This document shows, piece after piece, positions 28,755 through 37,618 of a DNA stretch of 56,846 bases. The notes under the pieces were generated by a model. That model worked only from the letters and a program-made list of their open reading frames with translations, ran no database searches and was not told the origin of the DNA. The position numbers and the translations under genes were made by a program. Source of the stretch: a virus. The stretch covers positions 1-56,846 of the IMG/VR virus record IMGVR_UViG_3300045988_088058, one strand, 5' to 3'. Every line of letters starts with the position of its first letter. Position 1 is the stretch's first letter.

Positions 28755-29132
28755 CTATTTTACTACCAAAATCATTGGGTTTTTATTTTCAGGGACTGCG
28801 CCTGCAACCTTTTGAAGTGCTGCATATTTAACAAATCCATGAACAAGAACAGTGACAGTGACTTTATCTTCACCGTCGTAAACACGTTGATCCGCAAAGA
28901 TAACTCCATCAAATTGTTCACCAGTTTGAACCACTTCAAGTCCAGTCTTGCGACCGTCGAGTGTAGTTGCGTTCTTCACGCAGGTTCCGGCTAAAATATA
29001 CTTCTTACCGCCTACGTCAGTAGCAGCAGTAGCAGGGATTTGAGCACTTAGGGCGACATAATGGTCTGGGATTGCGACAACGCTTCGAGTAGTTTGATTG
29101 AAATCAGTTTTCTTAACTCGTACATTAGGCAT
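28755..29132 (-). CDS. Head decoration/head fibre-like protein
   Basis: Between scaffold-like gene and major capsid; VNAVTVTVLVHGFVKYAALQK-type C-terminus (as read in the ORF track: DKVTVTVLVHGFVKYAALQK). Confidence 0.6.
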   Translation of the reverse strand: MPNVRVKKTDFNQTTRSVVAIPDHYVALSAQIPATAATDVGGKKYILAGTCVKNATTLDGRKTGLEVVQTGEQFDGVIFADQRVYDGEDKVTVTVLVHGFVKYAALQKVAGAVPENKNPMILVVK

Positions 29133-29147
29133 AGCCTTTTCCTCCTA

Positions 29148-29834
29148 TTATTTAAAGAATGTTGCTTGTTGCTGACCAGTAGCACTTTGTGATTGAGCTA
29201 ATGATTCAGCGAGTTGCTTACCAAAGGCACCTACTTCACGTGGTTCCGGAACTCCTGCGCCTACGCGACCTGAGTTACCGGGGTTACCTGTTCCGGAAGC
29301 TCCTTTGTGAGAAGATTCAGGTTTAGGGTTGTCCTCGTCTTTAGGATTTTCTTTGAATAAGTATTTACGAGACTCACGCAAAGACTTCAACTGATCTTCT
29401 AAACCTTTGACGTTACCTTTGTCGTCGACCGTGATATCGTCTAGGTTCATAAATCCAAGAATGTCCGCTGCGGGAGCAATGGAATCAGTAATCAAAGGAT
29501 GTAGAGCTGAGATAACTGAAGCACTTTTAGCTATTTGAGTTTGGTTGTCTAATTGACTTTGTAGGTTTTGAATTGTAGCCTGCGCATCACTACCATCTTC
29601 GACCTGCTTGGACAATGTAGCCACTTCCTTCTTATAGCCTTCAATCGAATTGTTCGCTTGATCGCGTTGTTGAACAACTTCATCGAATCGTGCGTGAGGT
29701 ACATAGTGCTGACCGTCACCGTCGATGAAAACTTTCGCGTCCAATTCTTTAGACTTAGCCTTCACATGCTCTGTGACATTTTTGATTGTTGGTTCATCTA
29801 GACCTTTTAAAAGATCTTCTAATTGATAAGCCAT
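29148..29834 (-). CDS. Scaffolding-like protein
   Basis: Coiled-coil region VVQQRDQANNSIEGYKKEVATLSKQVEDG upstream of the capsid gene. Confidence 0.75.
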   Translation of the reverse strand: MAYQLEDLLKGLDEPTIKNVTEHVKAKSKELDAKVFIDGDGQHYVPHARFDEVVQQRDQANNSIEGYKKEVATLSKQVEDGSDAQATIQNLQSQLDNQTQIAKSASVISALHPLITDSIAPAADILGFMNLDDITVDDKGNVKGLEDQLKSLRESRKYLFKENPKDEDNPKPESSHKGASGTGNPGNSGRVGAGVPEPREVGAFGKQLAESLAQSQSATGQQQATFFK

Positions 29835-29947
29835 TTGATATCCTCCTTGAGTTTACGCCCTCCGGCTGAATCTTCTGTTTCGATTTAATTGGAACAGTGA
29901 AACCAATTTCGAGTCATTAAGGCGACAAGGTTCCTTTTCAACTTATA

Positions 29948-29957
29948 TTATAACACA
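29948..29957 (-). promoter_or_regulatory. Class III extended -10 promoter GTGTTATAAT upstream of scaffold and capsid
   Basis: Minus GAATTGTGTTATAATATAAG in a 200-bp gap, just after a terminator; no good -35. Confidence 0.55.
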
Positions 29958-30011
29958 ATTCGATATCTTTTTACTACTTTTCGAAGGAGTTGAGCCTTAG
30001 ACAAATTATAG

Positions 30012-30037
30012 ACAAAAAGACTCGGTTATCACCGAGC
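30012..30037 (-). terminator. Rho-independent terminator after the minor head protein gene
   Basis: Minus CTCGGT-GATA-ACCGAG-TCTTTTTG, immediately after the stop codon at 30038-30040. Confidence 0.8.
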
Positions 30038-31033
30038 CTAGTAGCTTTTAACAAAGTCGAGATCGCTATATTTTTCGACTTTTCCTGAGGTTAAATCGTC
30101 GTACCAAGCGTCTAATACATCATTAGTTTCACCGTCTACCCAACCTCTCAACTCGTCCGCGATTTCTTCTAATGAGTTTTCGTACCATATAGTTTGATAG
30201 CACATTCCATTAGGATGGTCGAAAGGACATTCTTCAATAGGAAATACTTCGCCATCTAAATCTCGACAAGCCTGACAAGTTCGACCTGGTGCGTGTACTG
30301 AGTGCCATTGAACTTTTCGAGCATAAGGGTTGACTTTTCCCCATTGTCGAACTCCAGCAGTAGCTGAGTGGCTAATAGTAGTTCGAGCAAGTCGAAGAGC
30401 ATTGTATTCGAGGTTTTCATATTTTCGAGCAGTTGTTCGACCTAGTTTCTCAGCAATTTGTTCGAAGTCCCACTCTTTTCGAGCTTTCGGGTCAATGTAC
30501 TGTTCTAATAGCTTCGCCATGTCGACTGCAGACATTCCACTTGCCAGACCTTGAGTAACTATTTGTTGAACGTCATTTCCTGCGCGTGCTGCATTAGACC
30601 ATACCCGTTTAGATAAGTTCTTTCCGTCTTTGTAGATTCCACCTTTAGTAACAGCCTCAGCGGCTTTACGGGAAAAGACTAATGACGCTGAACGAACTTC
30701 TTTTCCAAAGTCTTTAGCAGTAGCATTTCCATCTCCGCCTAAAATATCTAATAGGTGTAGAACTTGTCCATCTACAGCATTCTCAGCAGCCTTTTGGGAG
30801 TATTCGTGCATAACGTGAACTAGAACCCTATGAAGGTCGTAAGCGTAGTCTTTATAGATCCGTTTAGGTAAGTATCCATTTCGAGACTTTTTGAGTTTTT
30901 CTATTAAGTCTACGCCAGCATCATTGAACGCTTTTAAAACGGCCTTCTCTTGTTCAAGTGTCAATTTAATGTTGGTCTCATGTATAGCTTTTTCCCAACT
31001 ACTGAGATACCCATTCTTTTTCTTTTTGCTCAA
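30038..31033 (-). CDS. Minor head protein, Mu gpF/SPP1 gp7-like
   Basis: LARTTISHSATAGVRQW...ARKVQWHSVHAPGRTCQACRDLDGEVF. Confidence 0.85.
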   Translation of the reverse strand: MSKKKKNGYLSSWEKAIHETNIKLTLEQEKAVLKAFNDAGVDLIEKLKKSRNGYLPKRIYKDYAYDLHRVLVHVMHEYSQKAAENAVDGQVLHLLDILGGDGNATAKDFGKEVRSASLVFSRKAAEAVTKGGIYKDGKNLSKRVWSNAARAGNDVQQIVTQGLASGMSAVDMAKLLEQYIDPKARKEWDFEQIAEKLGRTTARKYENLEYNALRLARTTISHSATAGVRQWGKVNPYARKVQWHSVHAPGRTCQACRDLDGEVFPIEECPFDHPNGMCYQTIWYENSLEEIADELRGWVDGETNDVLDAWYDDLTSGKVEKYSDLDFVKSY

Positions 31034-31436
31034 TGTTCAGCTCCTTTTTCAATTTAGCAGTAAGGCCTGAAATTTTATGCCCAGCGTTCTCGTCCTTTAT
31101 TCGATAATCGTGGTAAAGGTTTTGGTTCATTGCTGCTCCCTTACCTAATTCCTTCTTCATCTTCGAACGACACTCATTTCTAAATCGAATAAGTTTTTCG
31201 ATTTCTTTATCGCCGACATAGGTAGTGAACCTATAATGGCACTTAGGACATTCGAAGAATCTCCACTCTACGCCTTTTTCGATATGTTTCGAAATAATTT
31301 GCTTAGAAGATAGTTCGAACTTATGCTCACAGTGGTCACAGTTTACGTCAAAGACTGTTTTAGACTCCACCTTTGGCTTGTTGCTCTTGTTGTTCTGGCG
31401 TACTTGGTTCTTCAATTGTTTCTTCTTGTTCTTCAT
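30999..31436 (-). CDS. Zinc-ribbon-like protein overlapping the portal gene end
   Basis: CDHCEHKF...FFECPKCHYRFTTYVG; 77-nt overlap with the portal ORF, start uncertain. Confidence 0.65.
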   Translation of the reverse strand: MKNKKKQLKNQVRQNNKSNKPKVESKTVFDVNCDHCEHKFELSSKQIISKHIEKGVEWRFFECPKCHYRFTTYVGDKEIEKLIRFRNECRSKMKKELGKGAAMNQNLYHDYRIKDENAGHKISGLTAKLKKELNIEQKEKEWVSQ

Positions 31437-33102
31437 CTTTAGGTTCCTCTTGTCCGTTTAATTCTTCTGCTAATACAGGTAGCGCCCCTGCGGAAATTTC
31501 ATCAAGTTGCGCAAGTTCCTGCAATACACGTTCCCACTCTTTGTCCGCTTTTTCTTTCTTACTGAACTCTTCAATGTAAGATTGGTGACTTCGTACATTA
31601 GTTTGAACTTCAGTGAGAGCAGTTTGTTTGGCTGCTTGTTCGTCACTCGGTAATGGGTAATGGTGGTCAATAGTCAATGTCGTAAGGGTTTGATAGCTTG
31701 ATTGTATGTCTTGTGGTAATAGACCTAGATCTACTCCTACCTTACCTAGTATTTCTTCTAATAGGTTAATGAGCCATTGAATAGCGTCATCCCATTCTGC
31801 CCACTTGTCATCACACTTACTCATTAGGTCATAGAATAAGTATTGCATAGCAATTCCAGACGGCGCATCTTGTACCTTTTCAGGTAGTGGCTGGTCCATG
31901 AGTTCATACATGGCTTTTTTTGCTCCATCTAAATAGTATTGGGCAGTAGGTAGGAAGTTGAAGTTTCCTGAAATAGTAGTAACTTGAGCCTGCTTTCCTC
32001 CAGTACCGCCAATTGAAGAAGTAGGGTCACTCTTAATGTCGACAAGAGCGTTAGGTGCAATCTTCATTCCTTGAATTGATTTAGAAGATCCGTCAATAAT
32101 GACAGGTTGTTCGAACATCTTAAATCGAAGTGAATCGCGCATGTCACTAATAGTTCGGTTCGTATTGTCCGCGATAGTGATTAAGTCTTTGACGTCACTT
32201 GTACCATATACGTCATTAGTCAATGGTTCATTGAGGATGACCTTACAAGGGATTTGACTCAATCCAGTAGGTGCTGAATCTTGGACTTTTAATGGAACCT
32301 CAACCTTATTACCTAAATTGTCTTCGATTTCAATTAGTTTAGCGTCTTTTTCTTTGATTGTAGTTTGCCCATCTTCCGTCATGTAAATTTGGTTCGAAGT
32401 TCCGTCGGTCAAAGTGTAGGTGAGCCAGCATTGCTCTTCAACATCTTCCAGCGCAGTGGTGATACCTGAGTTCGAACTTCCCGATTTCATCTCGTAACGG
32501 TAGTGATGCCATAATTGTTTTTCAGTGGACATCCCTTTCGTACGTTCGTCTTGATACACAATGTCGACGGACAGTAGGCGAGAAGGATCTTTAGGATCTA
32601 CAATGTAAGAAAATTGCGGCATTGAATAGAACTGAACATCAATCGGTTCGCCAGGGTTTGCTATAACGGATAATAGCACTCGCTTGCCGACTGTTGCATC
32701 TACCAATGCTCGTTTACACTTACTCCAAAACTTTGAGTGTCCTAAAATATGGTCGAACAAAATACGCTTATTCTCCGCCTTATCATCTTCCTTATCCACA
32801 ATGGGGTTGAAGATTAGTTCAGGCTCCGTTCCCATCATAAATCGCGCTTGCTTTTTAATAAGGGATCGAATATAATTTCGAATTTCGCGGGTAGGTGTAT
32901 AGTCCAATGAGTCTTCTTTGATCTTCCATGTTTGACCATAGTCCGCATTCAGCTCCGTGACATCGTATCCGTCGAAGTATTGATAATACTTTTCGACCTC
33001 CTGTAGTTCCTTTTTGAACTTCTGATTTTGCGCCAACGGACTGTCGAATGCCTGACTGACAAGTTCGTCGGTGTGGGAAATAGCTTTTGATTTTTTAGCC
33101 AT
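31360..33102 (-). CDS. Portal protein
   Basis: SPP1 gp6-like: IRSLIKKQARFMMGTEPEL, PIVDKEDDKAENKRI, LMDQPLPEKVQDAPSGIAMQYLFYDL. Confidence 0.9.
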   Translation of the reverse strand: MAKKSKAISHTDELVSQAFDSPLAQNQKFKKELQEVEKYYQYFDGYDVTELNADYGQTWKIKEDSLDYTPTREIRNYIRSLIKKQARFMMGTEPELIFNPIVDKEDDKAENKRILFDHILGHSKFWSKCKRALVDATVGKRVLLSVIANPGEPIDVQFYSMPQFSYIVDPKDPSRLLSVDIVYQDERTKGMSTEKQLWHHYRYEMKSGSSNSGITTALEDVEEQCWLTYTLTDGTSNQIYMTEDGQTTIKEKDAKLIEIEDNLGNKVEVPLKVQDSAPTGLSQIPCKVILNEPLTNDVYGTSDVKDLITIADNTNRTISDMRDSLRFKMFEQPVIIDGSSKSIQGMKIAPNALVDIKSDPTSSIGGTGGKQAQVTTISGNFNFLPTAQYYLDGAKKAMYELMDQPLPEKVQDAPSGIAMQYLFYDLMSKCDDKWAEWDDAIQWLINLLEEILGKVGVDLGLLPQDIQSSYQTLTTLTIDHHYPLPSDEQAAKQTALTEVQTNVRSHQSYIEEFSKKEKADKEWERVLQELAQLDEISAGALPVLAEELNGQEEPKDEEQEETIEEPSTPEQQEQQAKGGV

Positions 33103-33123
33103 GTAGTTTACCTCCTATAATGT

Positions 33124-33153
33124 ATTATACACTATTTTGACTAATATTGTTTA
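33124..33153 (-). promoter_or_regulatory. Class II promoter: TAAACA-N18-TATAAT, upstream of the portal gene
   Basis: Minus TAAACA ATATTAGTCAAAATAGTG TATAAT. Confidence 0.6.
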
Positions 33154-33159
33154 CCTTAA

Positions 33160-34548
33160 TTATCGCGCACCTTTACCTGATAACACTTGTATTTCGAACC
33201 CAAAGTCGTCATTGATAATGGCGTCAGTCAAACAGGCGTAGCGGTTACGGTCCATGCAGTGGTCATATTCCTTGACAACTCTATCCTCCCCTAGCTGGCT
33301 TGCTTTACTGTCCCAGCTATAGGCGTAATATTCATCAATGTCGTGCGTGTTGCTAGGGTCGAGTGTAAATCTATTTTCAGTTAGTAACTCAGCATGAAAT
33401 GAGATACCTAAATTGACATCATTTCGAGCGGGCAGGATAGGAATATTCTTTCTTACTATATAAGGATGCTTTTGAAGTTCTACAATCATAGCTGAAGCGG
33501 AAGGGTCGAGGATTATATATTCGATTTGTTTCCCCCGTATCATGTCGACTAAGTCATTTGCGTATTCTTTAGTAGTCTTTTGAAGTATTGATCCAAATTG
33601 AACATTCGAATTGACATCAGCCTCAGTAAGTTGTTCCTCAGCCTCACGCCCGGAGTGGTAGTAAGATTCAATTAGATGATAACTTTTTCGACGTTTCGAG
33701 AATCCATAAAGGCCAAAGGTTGTAGCATTGTAGATACCAAAGTCGCCCGCTACAAATAAACGGTCGAATTCTATATTGAGCTTTTTAACGTGCTGCTCTT
33801 CATTGAACATTGAATAAACTAGACCATCTGCTGTTACCCAAAGGCCGAGAATAAATCTTTTCCGGAAAACTCCGGCATACATCTTCTCATAGCGCCTTTT
33901 AATACTATCAGTCAAGCTAGGATTATCATCCATTGTGAAATGTAGGTATAGGATACGCTTTTCGACCTGTTTATCAATCCAGTTCTTTTTGAAGTAGTGA
34001 TTAGGATTTGCAGGGTTACAAGAGAACCACATTTTCGAACCTGTTACGGAACAGCGCCCTGTGGCTTGGTTGACAAAGGATTCAGGCATCAGTGCCACCT
34101 CGTCACAGAAGATACCTGCTAATGTTACCCCCTGGATAAGGTCTTGGCTCGACTCATCTTTTCCTCCAAATATATAGAAGTAGTTGAGAATTTCTTCGCC
34201 ATTTCTAAAGTGTCTAATAATAAGTAGATTTTCATTTCGAACATCTCGAATTTCATACCCGCGACTTGTGAGCATTTGCTTTAGAGGCTGAATAACATTT
34301 CGTCGAGCTGAATGAATTGTCTTACCACAGATGGCAAAGTTTTGCCCATTGAACTCAGTCATCGCCCAAAGGGAAAATGAAAGAGCCATCGATACTGTCT
34401 TTCCTGAACGAATGGACCCGTCGGCTATGACAATATCGAAAGTTCGAAAAGGTGAGCCCTTTGTCCACCATGTTAGGAGTTGAAGTTGCTTCTTACTAAA
34501 AGGAACGAAATTAAACTTTGGCAGTCTATTCCTTAGGCTTATTGTCAT
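33160..34548 (-). CDS. terL: Terminase large subunit
   Basis: DIVIADGSIRSGKTVSMALSFSLWAM Walker A-like; QGVTLAGIFCDEVALMP Walker B. Confidence 0.93.
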   Translation of the reverse strand: MTISLRNRLPKFNFVPFSKKQLQLLTWWTKGSPFRTFDIVIADGSIRSGKTVSMALSFSLWAMTEFNGQNFAICGKTIHSARRNVIQPLKQMLTSRGYEIRDVRNENLLIIRHFRNGEEILNYFYIFGGKDESSQDLIQGVTLAGIFCDEVALMPESFVNQATGRCSVTGSKMWFSCNPANPNHYFKKNWIDKQVEKRILYLHFTMDDNPSLTDSIKRRYEKMYAGVFRKRFILGLWVTADGLVYSMFNEEQHVKKLNIEFDRLFVAGDFGIYNATTFGLYGFSKRRKSYHLIESYYHSGREAEEQLTEADVNSNVQFGSILQKTTKEYANDLVDMIRGKQIEYIILDPSASAMIVELQKHPYIVRKNIPILPARNDVNLGISFHAELLTENRFTLDPSNTHDIDEYYAYSWDSKASQLGEDRVVKEYDHCMDRNRYACLTDAIINDDFGFEIQVLSGKGAR

Positions 34549-35266
34549 TATCAGTCACTCCTTTAATGTAGGAACCTGTCACGTCGCTAAATTCTTGCCA
34601 AACAGCCTGGGCGGCTTTATCTAGTGCTTCTACGAAATTATCCTTAACTTCACCTTCCACTTCCTGGTCGCCCATTTTGGCTCTAAGCAATGTAATTTTC
34701 TCGCGCTCAATTTGTAGTCTATATCGAACTTCCTCAGGTAGCATTCCATTAGCACGTTCTTGACCTTTTTGCGCTCTGTCTATAAGGTTCGAAAGTACAT
34801 CTAAGGCGCCCCATCTAATATTTCCTTCTTTAGTAAATAAATACCGGTCAGGATTATCTAAACACATTTCGACGATGTTCATTAGTTTTTCCCAGGCGGC
34901 GTGATATTTAATATTGACTGATACTTTAAACCCTGCATACATTTGAGTCAAAGTGTCATTAGTGATTAAGGCTTTTTCATTCTCGAACTCTTTTTTAGCC
35001 TTGACCCATTTATCGCGAGCTCTAATTTCACCTACACGTTTTTCCGCCATGCCATAACGGGCAGCAATTTCCTGAACAGTCATGCCCCTAATAAACTCTA
35101 ATTTCATTCTAGCATCACGTTCCTTAATTGTCATCTTAATGCCTTTATAGTCATATTCTATATATTGGTCTTTATTGACACGCGCATTTGCTTTCACGCC
35201 TTTCTTGTCTTTTGACCTAGGTGGCGTCTTCCTTCCTCGAACTTTTGGTCCAGCAGCTTTTGCCAT
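34526..35266 (-). CDS. terS: Terminase small subunit-like
   Basis: HTH TVQEIAARYGMAEKRVGEIRARDKW; upstream of terL. Confidence 0.8.
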   Translation of the reverse strand: MAKAAGPKVRGRKTPPRSKDKKGVKANARVNKDQYIEYDYKGIKMTIKERDARMKLEFIRGMTVQEIAARYGMAEKRVGEIRARDKWVKAKKEFENEKALITNDTLTQMYAGFKVSVNIKYHAAWEKLMNIVEMCLDNPDRYLFTKEGNIRWGALDVLSNLIDRAQKGQERANGMLPEEVRYRLQIEREKITLLRAKMGDQEVEGEVKDNFVEALDKAAQAVWQEFSDVTGSYIKGVTDNDNKPKE

Positions 35267-35298
35267 TTATTGACCCTCCTTTATTTAATTGCGTTTAC

Positions 35299-35327
35299 AT
35301 TGTAACAAATTTGCGCGTGACTTACAA
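35299..35327 (-). promoter_or_regulatory. Candidate late promoter upstream of terS: TTGTAA-N17-TACAAT with extended -10 TGTTACAAT
   Basis: Minus TTGTAA GTCACGCGCAAATTTGT TACAAT. Confidence 0.5.
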
Positions 35328-35461
35328 TTGATTGAATTTATAGTCCTATAATGAAAAATATAGTGATTTTTAAATTTAAAAGGTTCGACTTTATATTCAA
35401 AAATAGGTGCTCGATTATTCGAATTTTTCGAATGTTTGAGGTTTTCGAAGTCCCTGAGTTT

Positions 35462-35485
35462 TTCGAGTATTCTCGACTTTTCGAA
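35462..35485 (+). repeat. 24-bp exact repeat ttcgagtattctcgacttttcgaa, copy 1 (copy 2 at 35585-35608)
   Basis: Direct reading of both copies. Confidence 0.9.
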
Positions 35486-35638
35486 CCGGTTCGACTTTTC
35501 GAGAAATTGAACTTTTCGACCCCTTTTTATGCTCGACTTTTCGAGTATTCCTGAACTTTTCGAACGTTTTTTTGAGGTCGATTATTCGAGTATTCTCGAC
35601 TTTTCGAATGCTATTTCAGTTAGTCTCGAAAAGTTCAA
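35473..35638. repeat. Iteron-like array, six direct and one inverted copy of TSRACTTTTCGA
   Basis: Starts at 35473, 35491, 35508, 35533, 35552 and 35596; inverted TCGAAAAGTTCAA at about 35626-35638. Confidence 0.85.
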
Positions 35639-36041
35639 ACCTACTAATTTCACGGTATTTGAGAGCATTTTTAGATCTTGTTTGTGGAAGTGCTTTTACT
35701 TGTCTTTAACCTGTCTATTTGGTATCTTTCGATAGTTCATTCGAAAGTTTGCTAAATGCTTATCTAATAAGTGTTTTGCGTGTATTATTGTTTATAGAAT
35801 TGTTTATTATTGATAAAGGTCTCGACTTTTATTGGGCGCCTTATTTTTGATTTTACTTACAGACTCAAGAGGTTAGAGGTATTTTGGGCGCCTTTATTTT
35901 TAGGGCCTTATTAAGTCCTTTTCTAATACTTAATTGGCTATAAATTAGGCTAAAATAGTGGTGAATTGAGGTGTATTTATGTCGCCCGTTTTTAAAGTTT
36001 AAAAATATTTTAAAAAAGTTCAACTTTTTTATAAAAAATGC

Positions 36042-36070
36042 TTGACTTTATTATTTCATTATCGTATAAT
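36042..36070 (+). promoter_or_regulatory. Class I promoter: TTGACT-N17-TATAAT
   Basis: TTGACT TTATTATTTCATTATCG TATAAT with AAAAAAGTTCAACTTTTTT upstream. Confidence 0.88.
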
Positions 36071-36107
36071 AATAGTATAAAGAAAAACAAATAAAGGAGT
36101 AACGAAT

Positions 36108-36347
36108 ATGAAATTCGAACAACTTAAAAACGCACTTACTAATGAATACCTAATGGTAACAAACAAAGATCAAGCTGAAGTTTTAGGCTCAGGAAACATC
36201 GAAAACATTCTCAACGGTTCAAACTTTTCTCTTGCTTTAGCTCAAGCAACAGTCCTTCAAATGGAAAAACTCAGCGATGAGGAAGCTATTGAATGGGACT
36301 TGGAAGATAAAACTGCTTCTATTTATGTAGTGACTCTAGATATGTAA
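36108..36347 (+). CDS. Small hypothetical protein, first gene of the plus-strand operon
   Basis: AAAGGAG RBS, strong promoter upstream. Confidence 0.8.
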   Translation: MKFEQLKNALTNEYLMVTNKDQAEVLGSGNIENILNGSNFSLALAQATVLQMEKLSDEEAIEWDLEDKTASIYVVTLDM

Positions 36348-36358
36348 GGAAGTAACTA

Positions 36359-36676
36359 ATGAAACTTTATCACGCCACTGATTTTGATAATCTTGGTAAA
36401 ATTCTAGCTGAGGGCTTGAAGCCTTCAGCTGGAGTTATTTACCTAGCAGAAAGTTATGAAAAGGCTCTAGCCTTTTTATCGCTTCGAAATATTGATACTA
36501 TTGTAGTGCTCGAACTTGAAATTGATATTGAACAATGTACTGAAAGTTTCGACCATAATGAAAGAATGTTTTGTGACTTATCTCATTTCGACAATTGTCG
36601 CGCTTGGACTTATGACAAGACCATTGAAGTAGACGACATTAACTTTTCGAAAGCTCGAAAATATGATAGAAAGTGA
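36359..36676 (+). CDS. Putative ADP-ribosyltransferase-fold protein
   Basis: MKLYHATDFDNLGKILAEGLKPSAGVIYLAESYEKALAF resembles the YHxT...GL...vYLt...A signature. Confidence 0.5.
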   Translation: MKLYHATDFDNLGKILAEGLKPSAGVIYLAESYEKALAFLSLRNIDTIVVLELEIDIEQCTESFDHNERMFCDLSHFDNCRAWTYDKTIEVDDINFSKARKYDRK

Positions 36677-37347
36677 CTAACATGAATAACGAAAAAATTA
36701 TCGAAAAAATTAAAAATCTTATTCAATTAGCAAATGACAACCCGAATGACGAAGAAGGGCAGTTTGCCCTTCTTCTTGCTCAAAGGTTGATGCTAAAGAA
36801 TAATATCGCACTCGCTCAGGTTGAACAATTTGATGAACCTGAAAAGTTCGAAACTTCTTCCACCATTGGAAAAGAAGCAAGTCGAATCCTTTGGTGGGAA
36901 AAGGAACTAGGGTACACGCTCGCAGCTAACTTTAGATGCTTTTGCATCAATCAGCGCGATATGGCTCTGAATAAAAGTCGAATAATTTTCTTTGGTGAAA
37001 AACAAGACGCCGAATTGGTGTCTAAAATATACGAGTCCGCTTTGCTTTATCTTCGTTACAGACTTGACCGACTTCCTTCGCGTGAACCTTCGTACAAGAA
37101 CTCTTATCTTCTAGGATTTTTAGTAGCTTTAGACACGCGCTTCAAAAAGCAAGTAGAAGAATACTCACTTATGGTCTTACCTAGTGAAGAGACTAAGAAT
37201 GCGCTTAGGGATACATTTCAAAATCTAAAGCAAGATAAAGTTGAAGTACCTAAAAACGACTTCAATTTAGAAGCATATACGGAAGGAAAATTTCAGGGCG
37301 AAAATGCAAAAATAATGCCCGATGAAATTTTGGAAGGTGGTAACTAG
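36673..37347 (+). CDS. DUF2786-like protein
   Basis: IIEKIKNLIQLANDNPNDEEGQFALLLAQRLMLKNNI. Confidence 0.75.
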   Translation: MTNMNNEKIIEKIKNLIQLANDNPNDEEGQFALLLAQRLMLKNNIALAQVEQFDEPEKFETSSTIGKEASRILWWEKELGYTLAANFRCFCINQRDMALNKSRIIFFGEKQDAELVSKIYESALLYLRYRLDRLPSREPSYKNSYLLGFLVALDTRFKKQVEEYSLMVLPSEETKNALRDTFQNLKQDKVEVPKNDFNLEAYTEGKFQGENAKIMPDEILEGGN

Positions 37348-37609
37348 AATGAAATTCGAAGTTTATTCTGCGCGACTATTTGACGAAGAGGCGACATATG
37401 ATAGGTATCGTGAAGCACTAGAGAAAGTTGGAAATGTCGCTTACTTTTGCGAAATTGAATCAGGTAATCTAGTAATTGAACTCGAACTGAACAGCATAGA
37501 CGACCTAATCGCGCTTTCAAATGTAGTTGGAAAAGGACTAAAATTATCGCGACCTTATAGAGAAGATAAGCCTTTTCAATTATGGATTGTTGATGGGTAC
37601 ATGGAATAA
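37322..37609 (+). CDS. Hypothetical protein (likely start 37347)
   Basis: Open frame; MKFEVYSARLF start at atg after TAGA overlap is plausible. Confidence 0.7.
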   Translation: MKFWKVVTRMKFEVYSARLFDEEATYDRYREALEKVGNVAYFCEIESGNLVIELELNSIDDLIALSNVVGKGLKLSRPYREDKPFQLWIVDGYME

Positions 37610-37618
37610 GGTGAAACT

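Noticed and set aside
35351-35735. Plus-strand ORFs 35351-35554 and 35529-35735 with repeated RLFE/FSS motifs
   Set aside because: They are translations of the iteron-like repeat array, overlap each other in different frames and lack convincing RBS; treated as non-coding.
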